Below, piece by piece: positions 9,764 through 19,978 of a DNA stretch of 64,000 nucleotides. The translations under genes and the position numbers were made by a program. The DNA is from Arenicellales bacterium (lineage in GTDB: Bacteria; Pseudomonadota; Gammaproteobacteria; Arenicellales; JAJDZL01): positions 2,369,613 through 2,433,612 of the forward strand of contig OZ246969.1 in the NCBI GenBank assembly GCA_965232345.1, written 5' to 3'. The notes below the pieces were generated by a model. The model searched no databases. It was not told the DNA's origin and worked only from the letters and a program-made list of their open reading frames with translations. Within the stretch, counting starts at the first letter, position 1. Every line of letters begins with the position of its first letter.

Positions 9764-11887
9764 GTGAATGCCAAGCAATCCATCGCGCAGCGACGCCTGA
9801 CCTATCTGCGGGACAAGAGAGCCAGCCAGCTGATTCGTGAAATTGCGGATCTCTATCTTGACGAATACTGCGATTACGATCGCACCCTGGCGGATACGGT
9901 CTCACTGCTCGTTGAGACGGACGCGGACCGAGATGCGGTCGCAGTCGCGGTATTGCGCGGCTTGAGGCATAAAGTGCGGATTGCGGGGGAAAGAGTCAGC
10001 GAGCGGCTGAGCCCATCCATTGCTGATCTTTACCGGGGCGCGGAGCGGCTGGACGCGCTGTCCATCAATGTCGGCCGCGGTGATGTGCAGGCAGCGAATT
10101 CAAATCAGCGCATCGATTTCAGCAGGATTCTTGTCGCCATGGTGGACGACCCTCGGGTTGTCGTCATACACCTTGCCGAGCTTCTGGTTCAGATGAGAGA
10201 TGCCAGGCGCCTTGCTGAGTCAGACCGGGAGGCATTGGCGAAACAGGTCCTGTCAGTGTACGCGCCGCTTGCCAACAAACTTGGCATGTGGCGTTTCAAG
10301 TGGGAGCTTGAGGACCTGTCATTCAAGTATCTGAACCGCCCGGAATACGATCGGATTGTCCGATATCTGGACGGCCGCCGGGCAGAGCGCGAAGCCTACA
10401 TCCGCGATTTCGTAGACGAGCTGCAGTCGCTGATGCACAAGTCCGATATCAGAGCCGTCGTCAATGGCAGAGCGAAGCACCTGTACGGCATCTGGCGCAA
10501 GCTGAATCGAAAGGGGGTTGACTTTGACAATATTTTCGATGTTCGCGCGTTCAGAATTCTGGTTGACGATATCGGCTCCTGCTATGCCGCGCTGGGGGCG
10601 GTCCACGCTTCCTGGCCGGTGATCTCGGGAGAGTTCGATGACTACGTCGCAGCGCCAAAGCCCAATGGCTACCAGTCTCTTCACACTGCGATCGTCGGTC
10701 CGAACTCCAAGACTGTGGAAGTGCAGATCCGCACCTGGCAGATGCACAACGACTGCGAATTCGGCGTTGCCGCGCACTGGCTGTACAAAGACGAGGGCAA
10801 GTCCGCCGCCTATCAGGAAGGGAAGATACGTCTGCTGCGCCAGCTGCTGGAATGGAAGGCGGAAGTTACGGAATCTGATTCGGACGCTGATGAGGATGAC
10901 GAGAGCCTTCTGGCAAAGACTTATGCATTCACACCTGCGGGTAAAGTGGTGGAGCTGCCGGCTTTCTCGACTCCGATTGACTTTGCCTATTACATCCACA
11001 CAGAAGTGGGTCATCGCTGTCGGGGCGCGCGGGTCAATGACCGCATGGTGCCGCTGACGCATGTCCTCAAGACGGGCGACTGGGTTGAGATTCAAACCGT
11101 CAAATCCGGCGGCCCCAGCCGCGATTGGCTGTCGTCGAGCCATAATTTCGCGGTTTCGGCCCGAGCGAAAGGGTCAATTCGGCACTGGTTCCGGCTTGAG
11201 GAGTACGGCCGGTATGAGGCGGAGGGCAGGGCATTGCTTGAACGCGAGCTTGGCAGGCATGGTCTTTCCAAAACCAATTTGGACAAATTGGCATTGAGCA
11301 ACGGCTTCAAGAACACTCGTGCGTTCTTTGCGGCAATCGGAGCCAAGGAACTCAAGCCGGCGGCAGCCATCTCAAGCCTGATCATTCCTGATCCTGTCGA
11401 TCCTGAGATCAGGCTGAACAGACGAACTTTCGAGCCGGAGTCCCCTTCGCTGTCGATCCTCGGGGTTGAGAATCTGCTTGCCAATCATGCGTCGTGCTGC
11501 AATCCGCTGCCGGGCGATGATGTGATCGGCTACATTACGGCGAGCCGCGGAATTTCAATTCACAAGCGCAGTTGCGGCAACTTGAGGCGCATGCTGGAAT
11601 CGCATCCGGACCGTCTGCTGCCTGTTGACTGGGAGTACGACAAAGAGAAGAAATATCCGGTCGACTTCGAGCTGCTGGCCGAAGGGCGGTCCGGACTGCT
11701 GCAGGATATCACCGCGTCAATTTCAGACTCGGGTGTCAGTCTGGTCTCAATCAACACACCGCACATCCGGCAGAACGAGGTGAATCGAATCGGCATGACC
11801 GTGGAGATCAGCTCTGCGCTCGAACTGAACAAAGCGCTGGCAAGACTGAAAACGGTTGATCGGGTTCTGCGGGTCCGCCGCCTGTAA
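9764..11887 (+). CDS. relA: GTP pyrophosphokinase (RelA/SpoT homologue, RelA-type)
   Basis: 707 aa with a GTG start. Synthetase-domain motifs RAKHLYGIWRKLNRKGVDFDNIFDVRAFRILV and YQSLHTAIVGPNSKTVEVQIRTWQMH. TGS-like region (YAFTPAGKVVELPAFSTPIDFAY) and a C-terminal ACT-like region. Confidence 0.9.
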   Translation: MNAKQSIAQRRLTYLRDKRASQLIREIADLYLDEYCDYDRTLADTVSLLVETDADRDAVAVAVLRGLRHKVRIAGERVSERLSPSIADLYRGAERLDALSINVGRGDVQAANSNQRIDFSRILVAMVDDPRVVVIHLAELLVQMRDARRLAESDREALAKQVLSVYAPLANKLGMWRFKWELEDLSFKYLNRPEYDRIVRYLDGRRAEREAYIRDFVDELQSLMHKSDIRAVVNGRAKHLYGIWRKLNRKGVDFDNIFDVRAFRILVDDIGSCYAALGAVHASWPVISGEFDDYVAAPKPNGYQSLHTAIVGPNSKTVEVQIRTWQMHNDCEFGVAAHWLYKDEGKSAAYQEGKIRLLRQLLEWKAEVTESDSDADEDDESLLAKTYAFTPAGKVVELPAFSTPIDFAYYIHTEVGHRCRGARVNDRMVPLTHVLKTGDWVEIQTVKSGGPSRDWLSSSHNFAVSARAKGSIRHWFRLEEYGRYEAEGRALLERELGRHGLSKTNLDKLALSNGFKNTRAFFAAIGAKELKPAAAISSLIIPDPVDPEIRLNRRTFEPESPSLSILGVENLLANHASCCNPLPGDDVIGYITASRGISIHKRSCGNLRRMLESHPDRLLPVDWEYDKEKKYPVDFELLAEGRSGLLQDITASISDSGVSLVSINTPHIRQNEVNRIGMTVEISSALELNKALARLKTVDRVLRVRRL

Positions 11888-11894
11888 GCCTGAG

Positions 11895-12680
11895 TTAGGA
11901 GACCGGACCGGAAATTCGAAATTCGAACTGACAATTCGACACATAGCCTCCCGACTTTTCGTCAACCGTTCTTTCTTCAAACAGCACGTTCTGATTGCGG
12001 TCAATGAGTATGACGGTTGAGCTTCGGGTGCCATAGTCCTTCAGTCTGACGAAAACTGGAACGTCTGCCGGATGCGTCGAGCGCATCGGCTTTCCGCGGC
12101 CGACTGATTGAGGCCAAAGGGATGCCTGCTGACCGGACAGAATCTGAAACAGGGATTCTGGAGTGATCTTCATTTCGGTGTCAAGCAGTCGGGTCAGTTG
12201 CCGTTTGCCTGCCTGAACCCGCGGCCAAGGCAGGTTCAGCAGCGAATTGCTGAGGGCGTGGATGCCGGACCGCAAGCTGGTTGCCAGATGACTCCGATTC
12301 GTTTGGTATCGAAGCTGGGAAAAATCGCCGAACAGCATGCCGTAGCCGTTGTAGTCGGTACGCGACCGGCAAAGTTGATCACCGAACTGGTCGCATGAAT
12401 GTTCGAAAATCAAGAACTCGCTGACAAGTTCGCCCCTGCTTCGCAGCGCTTCGCGAGGTGACTCCGGCGTGTACTGATTGGTGATCGCGGCAACTTTGCC
12501 GTTGCGATTCATGCCCAGCCAGGTGCCGCGGGCTTCGAGGTCCCGGCCCGCCAGGACTTCTGGAAAATCAGTCCAGAAATTCGCAGTCGCTGTCGGACGC
12601 TGGTAGTATTCGTCCCGGTTGGCCGCCAGAATGAACGGATACTGACGGCTCTTCTGAAATGCAGCGAATATGACACACAC
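11895..12680 (-). CDS. NRDE-family (TANGO2/DUF833-like) protein
   Basis: 261 aa. Starts MCVIFAAF...PFILAANRDEYYQRPT, carrying the family-naming NRDE motif. Confidence 0.8.
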   Translation of the reverse strand: MCVIFAAFQKSRQYPFILAANRDEYYQRPTATANFWTDFPEVLAGRDLEARGTWLGMNRNGKVAAITNQYTPESPREALRSRGELVSEFLIFEHSCDQFGDQLCRSRTDYNGYGMLFGDFSQLRYQTNRSHLATSLRSGIHALSNSLLNLPWPRVQAGKRQLTRLLDTEMKITPESLFQILSGQQASLWPQSVGRGKPMRSTHPADVPVFVRLKDYGTRSSTVILIDRNQNVLFEERTVDEKSGGYVSNCQFEFRISGPVS

Positions 12681-12805
12681 AACTGGAGAACCGCAGATAC
12701 GAAAGGATTCAGAGGCTCAGCAGCTCGTGCTGAGCGGCTGGAAACTCAAAATCAGGAATAAGACTGTTGGGAGATTCGAAGATTCGATGTCAGATAATGC
12801 GAAAC

Positions 12806-13204
12806 TCAGGCTGGCGGGTCGCAGGGCACAGTCCCGATGTCCGAGGGCAGCGTGACCTCCAGAATCTCCATATCGTCTGAGGTTGCGGTTTCGTTGTGCC
12901 GCATGCCGCCCGGCACAAACAGCGAGTCACCCTTCTCAAGATGAAACTTGTCGCCGGTTTCGAATTCCATATCGATCCAGCCATTGACAACATACAGAAA
13001 CTGGCACTCGCACTCGTGGTAATGCCAGCCGGTCGGCTCTGTCATACCCTTGATCGCGGTCATCGTCTGCGCATGCATCTTTCCTACACTGCCAGATTTC
13101 GCTCCAAGATCCCGGTAGGCGAAAAACTCTCTGCGACCTGAGATTTTCGGTGCGGATGCTGGCGTGGTTCGAGTGAGCTGCTGAGCGCTTTCTTTCAGTG
13201 ACAT
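12806..13204 (-). CDS. cupin-domain protein
   Basis: 132 aa. GWHYHECECQFLYVVNGW...GDSLFVPGGMRHN matches the two-motif cupin pattern. Confidence 0.65.
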   Translation of the reverse strand: MSLKESAQQLTRTTPASAPKISGRREFFAYRDLGAKSGSVGKMHAQTMTAIKGMTEPTGWHYHECECQFLYVVNGWIDMEFETGDKFHLEKGDSLFVPGGMRHNETATSDDMEILEVTLPSDIGTVPCDPPA

Positions 13205-13282
13205 GAACGTCTCCCGGATTGATCTTCTGCAGAGTATATATTGTGCCCAATCTCAGTGGCAAATCGACTTTCGCGGTGCTCA

Positions 13283-13942
13283 ATGGCGGGAACTTCCAAA
13301 AAACCGATTTCAAAGTGGCAGAGGTTCCGAAAAAAGGATGCCTTCGTTCGCGATGCTTCAAGAATCGGCGTTCGCTCGCGTTCCTATTTTAAGTTGGAAG
13401 AGCTCGATCGGCAATTCGGATTGCTCAAGCCCGGGATGGCTGTTCTTGATCTCGGCGCTTCACCCGGCGGCTGGTCACAGTACGCGAGTTCCGTTGTCGG
13501 TGCTGGCGGCGCTGTCTTTGCCGCGGATGTCATCGCCATGAAGCCTCTTGCAAATGTTGAGTTCATTGAATGCGATCTTACCGCAGGCGACGCGGCCGAA
13601 AGAATCGGAGCCTTGCTCGGGCCGAACAAAGCGCAGCTGATGCTGTCAGATATGGCGCCGAACATCACCGGAAACTCGGCCATCGATGCCAGGAACTATT
13701 TTGATATCTATGCGTCGATATTCAAGATTTGCCATGTTGCGCTTGCAGATAACGGTTCGCTGGCTTTCAAGTTTTTCCAGACTGACGAAACTTCGATTCT
13801 GAAACAGAGTTGTGAGAGGATTTTCAATACTTGCAGAATCTTCAAGCCAAAATCTTCCAGGGCGAAGAGCCGGGAGTCGTATTTGGTAGCGAAAGGCTAC
13901 AGGCCCCAGCCGGATGCACTGATTCTGCCGGATCATCGATAG
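13283..13942 (+). CDS. rlmE: 23S rRNA (uridine2552-2'-O)-methyltransferase RlmE/FtsJ
   Basis: VRSRSYFKLEELDRQFGLLKPGMAVLDLGASPGGWSQYA and DVIAMKPL...LMLSDMAPNITG. I prefer the ATG at 13283 (MAGTSKKP) over the track start at 13241. Sits immediately upstream of ftsH, as in many Proteobacteria. Confidence 0.9.
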   Translation: MAGTSKKPISKWQRFRKKDAFVRDASRIGVRSRSYFKLEELDRQFGLLKPGMAVLDLGASPGGWSQYASSVVGAGGAVFAADVIAMKPLANVEFIECDLTAGDAAERIGALLGPNKAQLMLSDMAPNITGNSAIDARNYFDIYASIFKICHVALADNGSLAFKFFQTDETSILKQSCERIFNTCRIFKPKSSRAKSRESYLVAKGYRPQPDALILPDHR

Positions 13943-14189
13943 GGCAGTGGAAGACACTCATTTTATTTCGCGCCTGTTATCGGCATCTGCGGGCATCTGC
14001 CTAACAGCACACGCATCAGCATTTATTCTGGTAAAATGGGCAATATTGGTTTTTCGCGAACTTTAACTTGCAATTTGATCAGCCAGACCCCACTTGCTTG
14101 AAAGAACGGACGGTCGGGAATCGCGCGGTTCGCCTCCAAGCTTAAATTCGTCAGTACAAGCCTCAATCAAATTAATCAGGACAGTAATT

Positions 14190-16115
14190 TTGGGCATCAC
14201 GAAAAATCTCCTCATGTGGGTCGTCATCGCGATGGTGCTGATGGCAATCTTCAAGAATTTCGCGCCGACCGACAGCTCCGCTGGAAAGGAAGTTGAATAT
14301 TCGACATTCCTTTCCGATGTCAAGCAAGGTCGAGTTGAGAAGGTTGTAATCGACGGACGGACAATAAAGGGTTCGTTCACAACAGGCGATTCGTTTGTCA
14401 CTTATTCGCCGGATGATCCCAAGCTGGTTGATGACCTGGTCAATGCCGGCGTGACGATTGTTGCGCAGAAAGAGGAGTCACCATCGCTGCTGATGCAGCT
14501 TTTCATCAGCTGGTTCCCGCTTCTGCTGCTGATCGGAGTGTGGATATTTTTCATGCGGCAGATGCAGGGCGGCGGTGGCCGAGGGGCGCTGAGTTTCGGC
14601 AAGAGCCGCGCCCGGCTGTTGACAGAAGACAAGAATCGGGTGACTTTTGCCGATGTTGCCGGCATCGAGGAAGCGAAGGAGGAAGTCAGCGAACTGGTTG
14701 ACTTTCTGAGCGCGCCGAACAAATTCAACGCTTTGGGCGGGCGAATCCCGCGCGGAGTGCTGATGACCGGAAGCCCCGGCACCGGCAAGACTTTGCTGGC
14801 GCGGGCGATTGCCGGTGAGGCGAAAGTGCCGTTCTTCTCCATCTCCGGATCGGATTTTGTGGAAATGTTTGTCGGTGTCGGCGCCTCGAGAGTGCGCGAC
14901 ATGTTCGAGCAGGCGAAGAAAAATGCATCGTGCATCATCTTCATCGATGAAATCGACGCAGTCGGCCGTCAGCGCGGCGCTGGCTTGGGCGGCGGCCATG
15001 ATGAGCGGGAGCAGACCCTGAACCAGCTGCTGGTCGAGATGGATGGATTCGAGGGCAATGAAGGTGTGATTGTCATTGCCGCGACCAACCGTCCTGATGT
15101 GCTTGACCCGGCGCTCTTGCGCCCGGGCCGATTCGACCGCCAGGTTCATGTTCCGCTGCCCGATATTCGCGGCCGCGAGCAGATTCTCAAAGTCCACATG
15201 AAGAAAGTCTCCATCGATTCCGATGTCGATGCCAGCATCATCGCACGCGGCACACCGGGTTTTTCCGGCGCGGATTTGGCGAACCTGGTGAATGAAGCGG
15301 CATTGTTCGCCGCTCGGGCCAATCAGGAAACTGTTACGATGGAGCAGTTCGAAATGGCGAAGGACAAGGTGCTGATGGGTGTCGAGCGCCGATCCATCGT
15401 GATGCCGGAAGAGGAGCTCCTGAACACTGCCTATCACGAGTCCGGGCATACAGTTGTCGCGAAAGCTCTGGATCACACTGATCCGGTCCACAAGGTGACG
15501 ATTATTCCGCGCGGACGCGCGCTCGGGGTCACCATGCAGCTGCCGGAGGAGGACCGGTACAGCCACAACCGCGAATATCTGCTGGCGCGAATCGCCGTGC
15601 TGATGGGCGGTCGAATCGCAGAAGAAATCTTTATGAACCAGATGACGACAGGCGCATCGAACGATTTCGAGCAGGCGACGGACATCGCACAGAAAATGGT
15701 CTCCCGCTGGGGGATGAGCGATTCGCTCGGCACGCGGGTATATGGAGACAACCAGTCTGAGGTGTTTCTGGGCCGCGATGTAACCACGCATCAGAACCTG
15801 AGTGACGCCGTGGCGGAGCAGGTCGATCAGGAAGTGACGCGCATTGTGGATGAACAGTACGAACGGGCCCGCAGAATCCTTGAGGAAAACCGCGACAAGG
15901 TTGAGGTGATGGCTAAAGCGCTGATGGACTGGGAGACCTTGGAAGCCGATCAGATCGACGACATCATGGCTGGCAAGGCGCCGCGCTCGCCGTCATCTGA
16001 TTTCGATGACTCATCCTCCCCATCAGACGGCGCCAAAGATTCCGGCGGCAGAAAGAAACGCCGCAAACGCGTTGTCAAACCTCGCATGGACCGTCCGGCG
16101 AGTGAGGAAGCGTAA
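14190..16115 (+). CDS. ftsH: ATP-dependent zinc metalloprotease FtsH
   Basis: Walker [19 protein letters not shown], Walker [13 protein letters not shown] region, and HESGH zinc motif ([11 protein letters not shown]). The track ORF opens at 14094. The N-terminal TM segment ([18 protein letters not shown]) suggests a later, possibly TTG, start near 14190, so the start is uncertain. Confidence 0.9.
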   Translation: MGITKNLLMWVVIAMVLMAIFKNFAPTDSSAGKEVEYSTFLSDVKQGRVEKVVIDGRTIKGSFTTGDSFVTYSPDDPKLVDDLVNAGVTIVAQKEESPSLLMQLFISWFPLLLLIGVWIFFMRQMQGGGGRGALSFGKSRARLLTEDKNRVTFADVAGIEEAKEEVSELVDFLSAPNKFNALGGRIPRGVLMTGSPGTGKTLLARAIAGEAKVPFFSISGSDFVEMFVGVGASRVRDMFEQAKKNASCIIFIDEIDAVGRQRGAGLGGGHDEREQTLNQLLVEMDGFEGNEGVIVIAATNRPDVLDPALLRPGRFDRQVHVPLPDIRGREQILKVHMKKVSIDSDVDASIIARGTPGFSGADLANLVNEAALFAARANQETVTMEQFEMAKDKVLMGVERRSIVMPEEELLNTAYHESGHTVVAKALDHTDPVHKVTIIPRGRALGVTMQLPEEDRYSHNREYLLARIAVLMGGRIAEEIFMNQMTTGASNDFEQATDIAQKMVSRWGMSDSLGTRVYGDNQSEVFLGRDVTTHQNLSDAVAEQVDQEVTRIVDEQYERARRILEENRDKVEVMAKALMDWETLEADQIDDIMAGKAPRSPSSDFDDSSSPSDGAKDSGGRKKRRKRVVKPRMDRPASEEA

Positions 16116-16221
16116 TCGATTGTTTCGGCTCGAGAGTTCTGATTCAATAACTTCAGATTTCGGGCTTCATCTTCATTCAGAGCGCCTTGTGCATTGCTGA
16201 TGCTGACCAGGGCGGATCGTT

Positions 16222-17583
16222 GTGAAACTGTTCGGGACTGACGGAATTCGCGGCAGGTTCGGGTCTGAGCCAATCACTCCCCAGACAGTGTTGAAACTGG
16301 GCTGGAGCATCGGTTCGGTCTGCAGGAATCAAAGCATTCAGCCAGTCGAAGTCGTGATCGGCAGGGACACCCGAGTTTCCGGGTGCATCTTGGAGTCAGC
16401 CATTGCCAGCGGTCTGATGTCTGCTGGTGTCAATGTTTCGCTGCTGGGTTGTGTGCCGACACCCGCGGTGTCCTATTTCTGCAGAAACACAGACGCTGCT
16501 GCCGGCATCGTGCTCAGCGCTTCTCACAACCCGGCGCAGGACAACGGAGTGAAACTGCTTTCATCCTGCGGGGCGAAAGTTGCCGCTGAGACTGAGCGTT
16601 CGATTGAGCAAGTCATGCGGCAGCCGATGCAGATGAGTGATCCTGACATTCTCGGTAGAGCTGCAAGAATGGATGACGCCACTCGACGGTATTCAGAATA
16701 TCTGTGCTCAACCGCCGAGTCCGCACTTGACGGACTGCGCATTGTGATCGATTGCGCGAATGGCGCAAGTTATTGGATTGCACCGAAAGTGCTTTCGGAG
16801 CTGGGCGCGGATGTGATAGCAATCGGGAATGATCCTGACGGCTGCAACATCAATCATCAGTGCGGGTCGACCAGTCCGGAATTCATTCGAAAGAGCACGT
16901 TGGAGCACGCTGCGAATGTCGGCATTGCGCTGGATGGTGACGGTGATCGAGTGTTGATGGTCGACGGGCGCGGCAATCTGGTCAATGGTGATCAGCTGCT
17001 GTTTGTCATTGCGATGGCTCGCAAGCGGGACAATCGTCTGGGCGGCGGTGTGGTCGGAACCAAGATGAGCAATATCGGTCTGGAGCGCGCATTCGCAGTG
17101 AACGGCATTCTGTTTGAGCGCACTGAGGTTGGTGACCGTTACATCGGCGCGCGGCTGGCAGCGCGCGGCTGGAATTTAGGTGGGGAGGAATGCGGACACA
17201 TCATGAATGGTGAGACCGGAGTGCCTGGAGATGGGCTGGGGGTTGCGCTTGAGGTTCTTGGCGAAATGAAAAAATCTCGCCGCACATTGGAAGAGTTGAC
17301 TGCAGGAATGCAGCTTGTGCCGCAGGCGACGGTCAATGTCCGTCTGCGGAACCGCACGACACCGCTGTCGCAGCTGAATATGAAGGATTGGCCGAAAGTG
17401 AGCCGCGCACTTGAGTCTGCTGAAACGAAACTGAACAATTGCGGGCGGGTGCTGTTGCGGGCATCCGGCACAGAACCTGTGATTCGGGTTCTGGTGGAAG
17501 GCGACAGCGATCAGAATATTCAGCAGATTGCCGATTCTCTGGCAGAAGCAGTCCGAGAAGAGTCGGCGCGAAATTTCCAATAG
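16222..17583 (+). CDS. glmM: phosphoglucosamine mutase
   Basis: 453 aa with a GTG start. MKLFGTDGIRG, active-site SASHNPAQDNG, GIALDGDGDR and GGEECGH. Confidence 0.92.
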   Translation: MKLFGTDGIRGRFGSEPITPQTVLKLGWSIGSVCRNQSIQPVEVVIGRDTRVSGCILESAIASGLMSAGVNVSLLGCVPTPAVSYFCRNTDAAAGIVLSASHNPAQDNGVKLLSSCGAKVAAETERSIEQVMRQPMQMSDPDILGRAARMDDATRRYSEYLCSTAESALDGLRIVIDCANGASYWIAPKVLSELGADVIAIGNDPDGCNINHQCGSTSPEFIRKSTLEHAANVGIALDGDGDRVLMVDGRGNLVNGDQLLFVIAMARKRDNRLGGGVVGTKMSNIGLERAFAVNGILFERTEVGDRYIGARLAARGWNLGGEECGHIMNGETGVPGDGLGVALEVLGEMKKSRRTLEELTAGMQLVPQATVNVRLRNRTTPLSQLNMKDWPKVSRALESAETKLNNCGRVLLRASGTEPVIRVLVEGDSDQNIQQIADSLAEAVREESARNFQ

Positions 17584-17588
17584 TCGTT

Positions 17589-18680
17589 CTACATTGTCAC
17601 AACATTTCGCATCCCAACGCCGGTTCGGGTGGCTTCGATCGCTTCGTTGATGTTGTCCAAAGGATAGGTGGCCGATACCAGCGCATCAAGTTCCAGCTGT
17701 TCTGACTGATAAAGCTCAATCAATCTCGCCACGTCCTCTTTCAGATTGGAACTGCCCATCTTGCTGCCGAGTATGGATTGATTTGCATCGATGAACTCGA
17801 CAGTCTCAAACGAAAAATAAACGCCGTTGGCAGGCATCCCGACCAGCACCAGCATCCCGCCGGGCCGAATCAGTCGAAACACATTTTCCATTGCCGCCGG
17901 ATGTCCGGTGGCAATGAACACTGCGTCCGCGCCGCGCTGCTGAGTCAGCTCAAGTATTGTCTCCCTCGGGTCAGTTCGATTCGAATTGACGGTGTGCGTG
18001 GCGCCCAGGCGTTTTGCGAAGTCCAGCCTATCGTCGCTGATGTCGACGGCGGTGACGGTTGCTGCGGAACTGATGCGAGCGCCTTGAATGCAATGGATGC
18101 CGACGCCGCCCGTGCCGATAACCACGATGTGCTCGCCTGCACCGACTGATGCTGTGTTGACGACTGAACCGAATCCGGTGATGACACCGCAGGTCATCAG
18201 AGACGCGCTTGCCATGTTCATCATTTCAGGGATTGGAACGACTTGCGACTTATGCAGGATCGCATACTCAGCGAAACAGCCTGTCCCGAGACCTCTGTTG
18301 ACGGATGTGCCGTCGCTCAGTTGCAATCGGTAGGGCTCATCGGTTGCGAATTCGTGCTCGCATTGGCTGTACTGCTGCCGCTGACAGAAAAAGCAATGAC
18401 CGCAGGATCTGAGCAAGGATACCGCGACATGATCTCCTGGTTTGACATGCTCCACACCGGGTCCGCAGGAATTCACTATTCCAGCCCCTTCGTGTCCGAA
18501 AAGGTTGGGCAGGTCACCGCCCCAGCCCCCGTCAATGTAGAGAATGTCGCTGTGGCAGATTCCACACGCTGAGACTTTGATCTTCACCTCATCCTGGCGC
18601 GGTTCATCAATGAAGATTTCATCGATGACTAGAGGTTTTCCAAATTCGTAGCAAAGAGCGGCTTTGATTCTTGCGGGCAT
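17589..18680 (-). CDS. zinc-dependent alcohol dehydrogenase family oxidoreductase
   Basis: 363 aa. GICHSD zinc ligand motif, structural-Zn Cys cluster (CGHCFFCQRQQYSQC), and Rossmann GxGxxG (VIGTGGVG). Confidence 0.8.
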   Translation of the reverse strand: MPARIKAALCYEFGKPLVIDEIFIDEPRQDEVKIKVSACGICHSDILYIDGGWGGDLPNLFGHEGAGIVNSCGPGVEHVKPGDHVAVSLLRSCGHCFFCQRQQYSQCEHEFATDEPYRLQLSDGTSVNRGLGTGCFAEYAILHKSQVVPIPEMMNMASASLMTCGVITGFGSVVNTASVGAGEHIVVIGTGGVGIHCIQGARISSAATVTAVDISDDRLDFAKRLGATHTVNSNRTDPRETILELTQQRGADAVFIATGHPAAMENVFRLIRPGGMLVLVGMPANGVYFSFETVEFIDANQSILGSKMGSSNLKEDVARLIELYQSEQLELDALVSATYPLDNINEAIEATRTGVGMRNVVTM

Positions 18681-18705
18681 GGGTTTGTCTCATTTGCATT
18701 GGCGG

Positions 18706-19602
18706 TCAGGTGTCGATTTTGTTTCGCTCCAGAAAATCCTGCAAGGTGGTGAAGTATGCCTCCGGTTCTTCAAAAAAAGGAACATGTGAGCTGTTTGGCA
18801 GCACTGAAACTTCAGAGTTTGGCATCGCGTTGTCCATCCGTATCGCACAGGCCGGACCGATCTCGTCATGCGTGCCGGTGATGATCAGTGCGGGCATGGT
18901 CAATTGATGCATGTCGGGAATTCTGTTCCAGTCTTTCAGGTTGCCAATGTACAGAAACTCGTTGGGTCCTTGCATTGTTCCATAGGGTCCCATATTCCAG
19001 TCATTGAGCGAAGCCATCAGAGAGTTCGGCCATTCGGTCTTCAGACGGCAGACATGGCGGTAGTTCAATATCGTGATTGCGGCCATGTACTCTGGATGAT
19101 CGAACTGTCCGAGCGATTCGTGATGCAGCATCATCTCGACCGTTTCGCTGCCCAGCGCGTTGCGCATTCTGTTGAGTTCAAGCGTCAGGTGCGGCAGGTC
19201 TCCGCAGGTGTTGGCCAGAATCAATGAATGGACTGCATCTGGATAGGTGAGAGAGTATTCGATGCTGAGCCATCCTCCCCAGGACTGACCCAGCAGGTGC
19301 ACCCGTTCGAGTTCGAGATCGCGCCTGACGGTTTCAACTTCCTCGACGTAGCGTTGGATTGTCCAAAGCGAGGTGTCAGTCGGCCGGTCGGAATTGCCGC
19401 ATCCCAATTGATCGAATGCGACGACCCGATAGCCTTCCTCAGCCAAACGGATATGCGGGTCTCTAAGGTAGTTGCAGGGCAATCCGGGACCGCCGTTCAG
19501 AAGAAAGAGAATTTCTTCACCGGTTCCGTAACTGTAGGTGACGACTCTATAGCCGTCTACCGTGACTTCCTTCACGTGATCGGGTTCTCTTGGTGCTGAC
19601 AT
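18706..19602 (-). CDS. proline iminopeptidase-family alpha/beta hydrolase
   Basis: 298 aa. LLNGGPGLPCNYL and the nucleophile elbow LLGQSWGG. A C-terminal His is present (SSHVPFFEEPE). Confidence 0.78.
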   Translation of the reverse strand: MSAPREPDHVKEVTVDGYRVVTYSYGTGEEILFLLNGGPGLPCNYLRDPHIRLAEEGYRVVAFDQLGCGNSDRPTDTSLWTIQRYVEEVETVRRDLELERVHLLGQSWGGWLSIEYSLTYPDAVHSLILANTCGDLPHLTLELNRMRNALGSETVEMMLHHESLGQFDHPEYMAAITILNYRHVCRLKTEWPNSLMASLNDWNMGPYGTMQGPNEFLYIGNLKDWNRIPDMHQLTMPALIITGTHDEIGPACAIRMDNAMPNSEVSVLPNSSHVPFFEEPEAYFTTLQDFLERNKIDT

Positions 19603-19978
19603 TTGAAATTTTCCTACATTGAGAGTTGAGTGGATTCAGCAATTATACGAGTCCATGAGTTCTGCCCAAGCCGAGCGATTTCTGAAGCAGATCTACTTTG
19701 TGCAGCAGAATCTCAAAGCAAGGTGCACTGTGAATGCGACCATCGTTCAGCAGTTTGAATTGAGTCGGCTTGTGTCAAATATTGATAGAACCTCCATGAA
19801 ATCTATCGATTTCGTCGAAACTGATACATCTCTGAAGACGAGTATCACAATGCATCATGTTTCTCGAAAAATTGGGCGACCAATCGCTTCTGTATGCCAA
19901 CAGAGTTGAAGAATATGTAAAGCGAACGGATTTGGGAGCATTGAAACCAGCAAGAATCTCCAAATGGTTTTCACTTCA

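Noticed and set aside
14478-15791. 437-aa minus-strand ORF antisense to ftsH (similar cases: 10319-11143 in relA, 49176-50159 in pilQ, 37693-38523 in the T4SS ATPase, 62433-63389 in the IS5 transposase, 5894-6589 in the DUF349 gene)
   Set aside because: Each lies fully inside a gene with unmistakable conserved motifs on the other strand and has no recognisable motifs of its own. These are treated as shadow ORFs.
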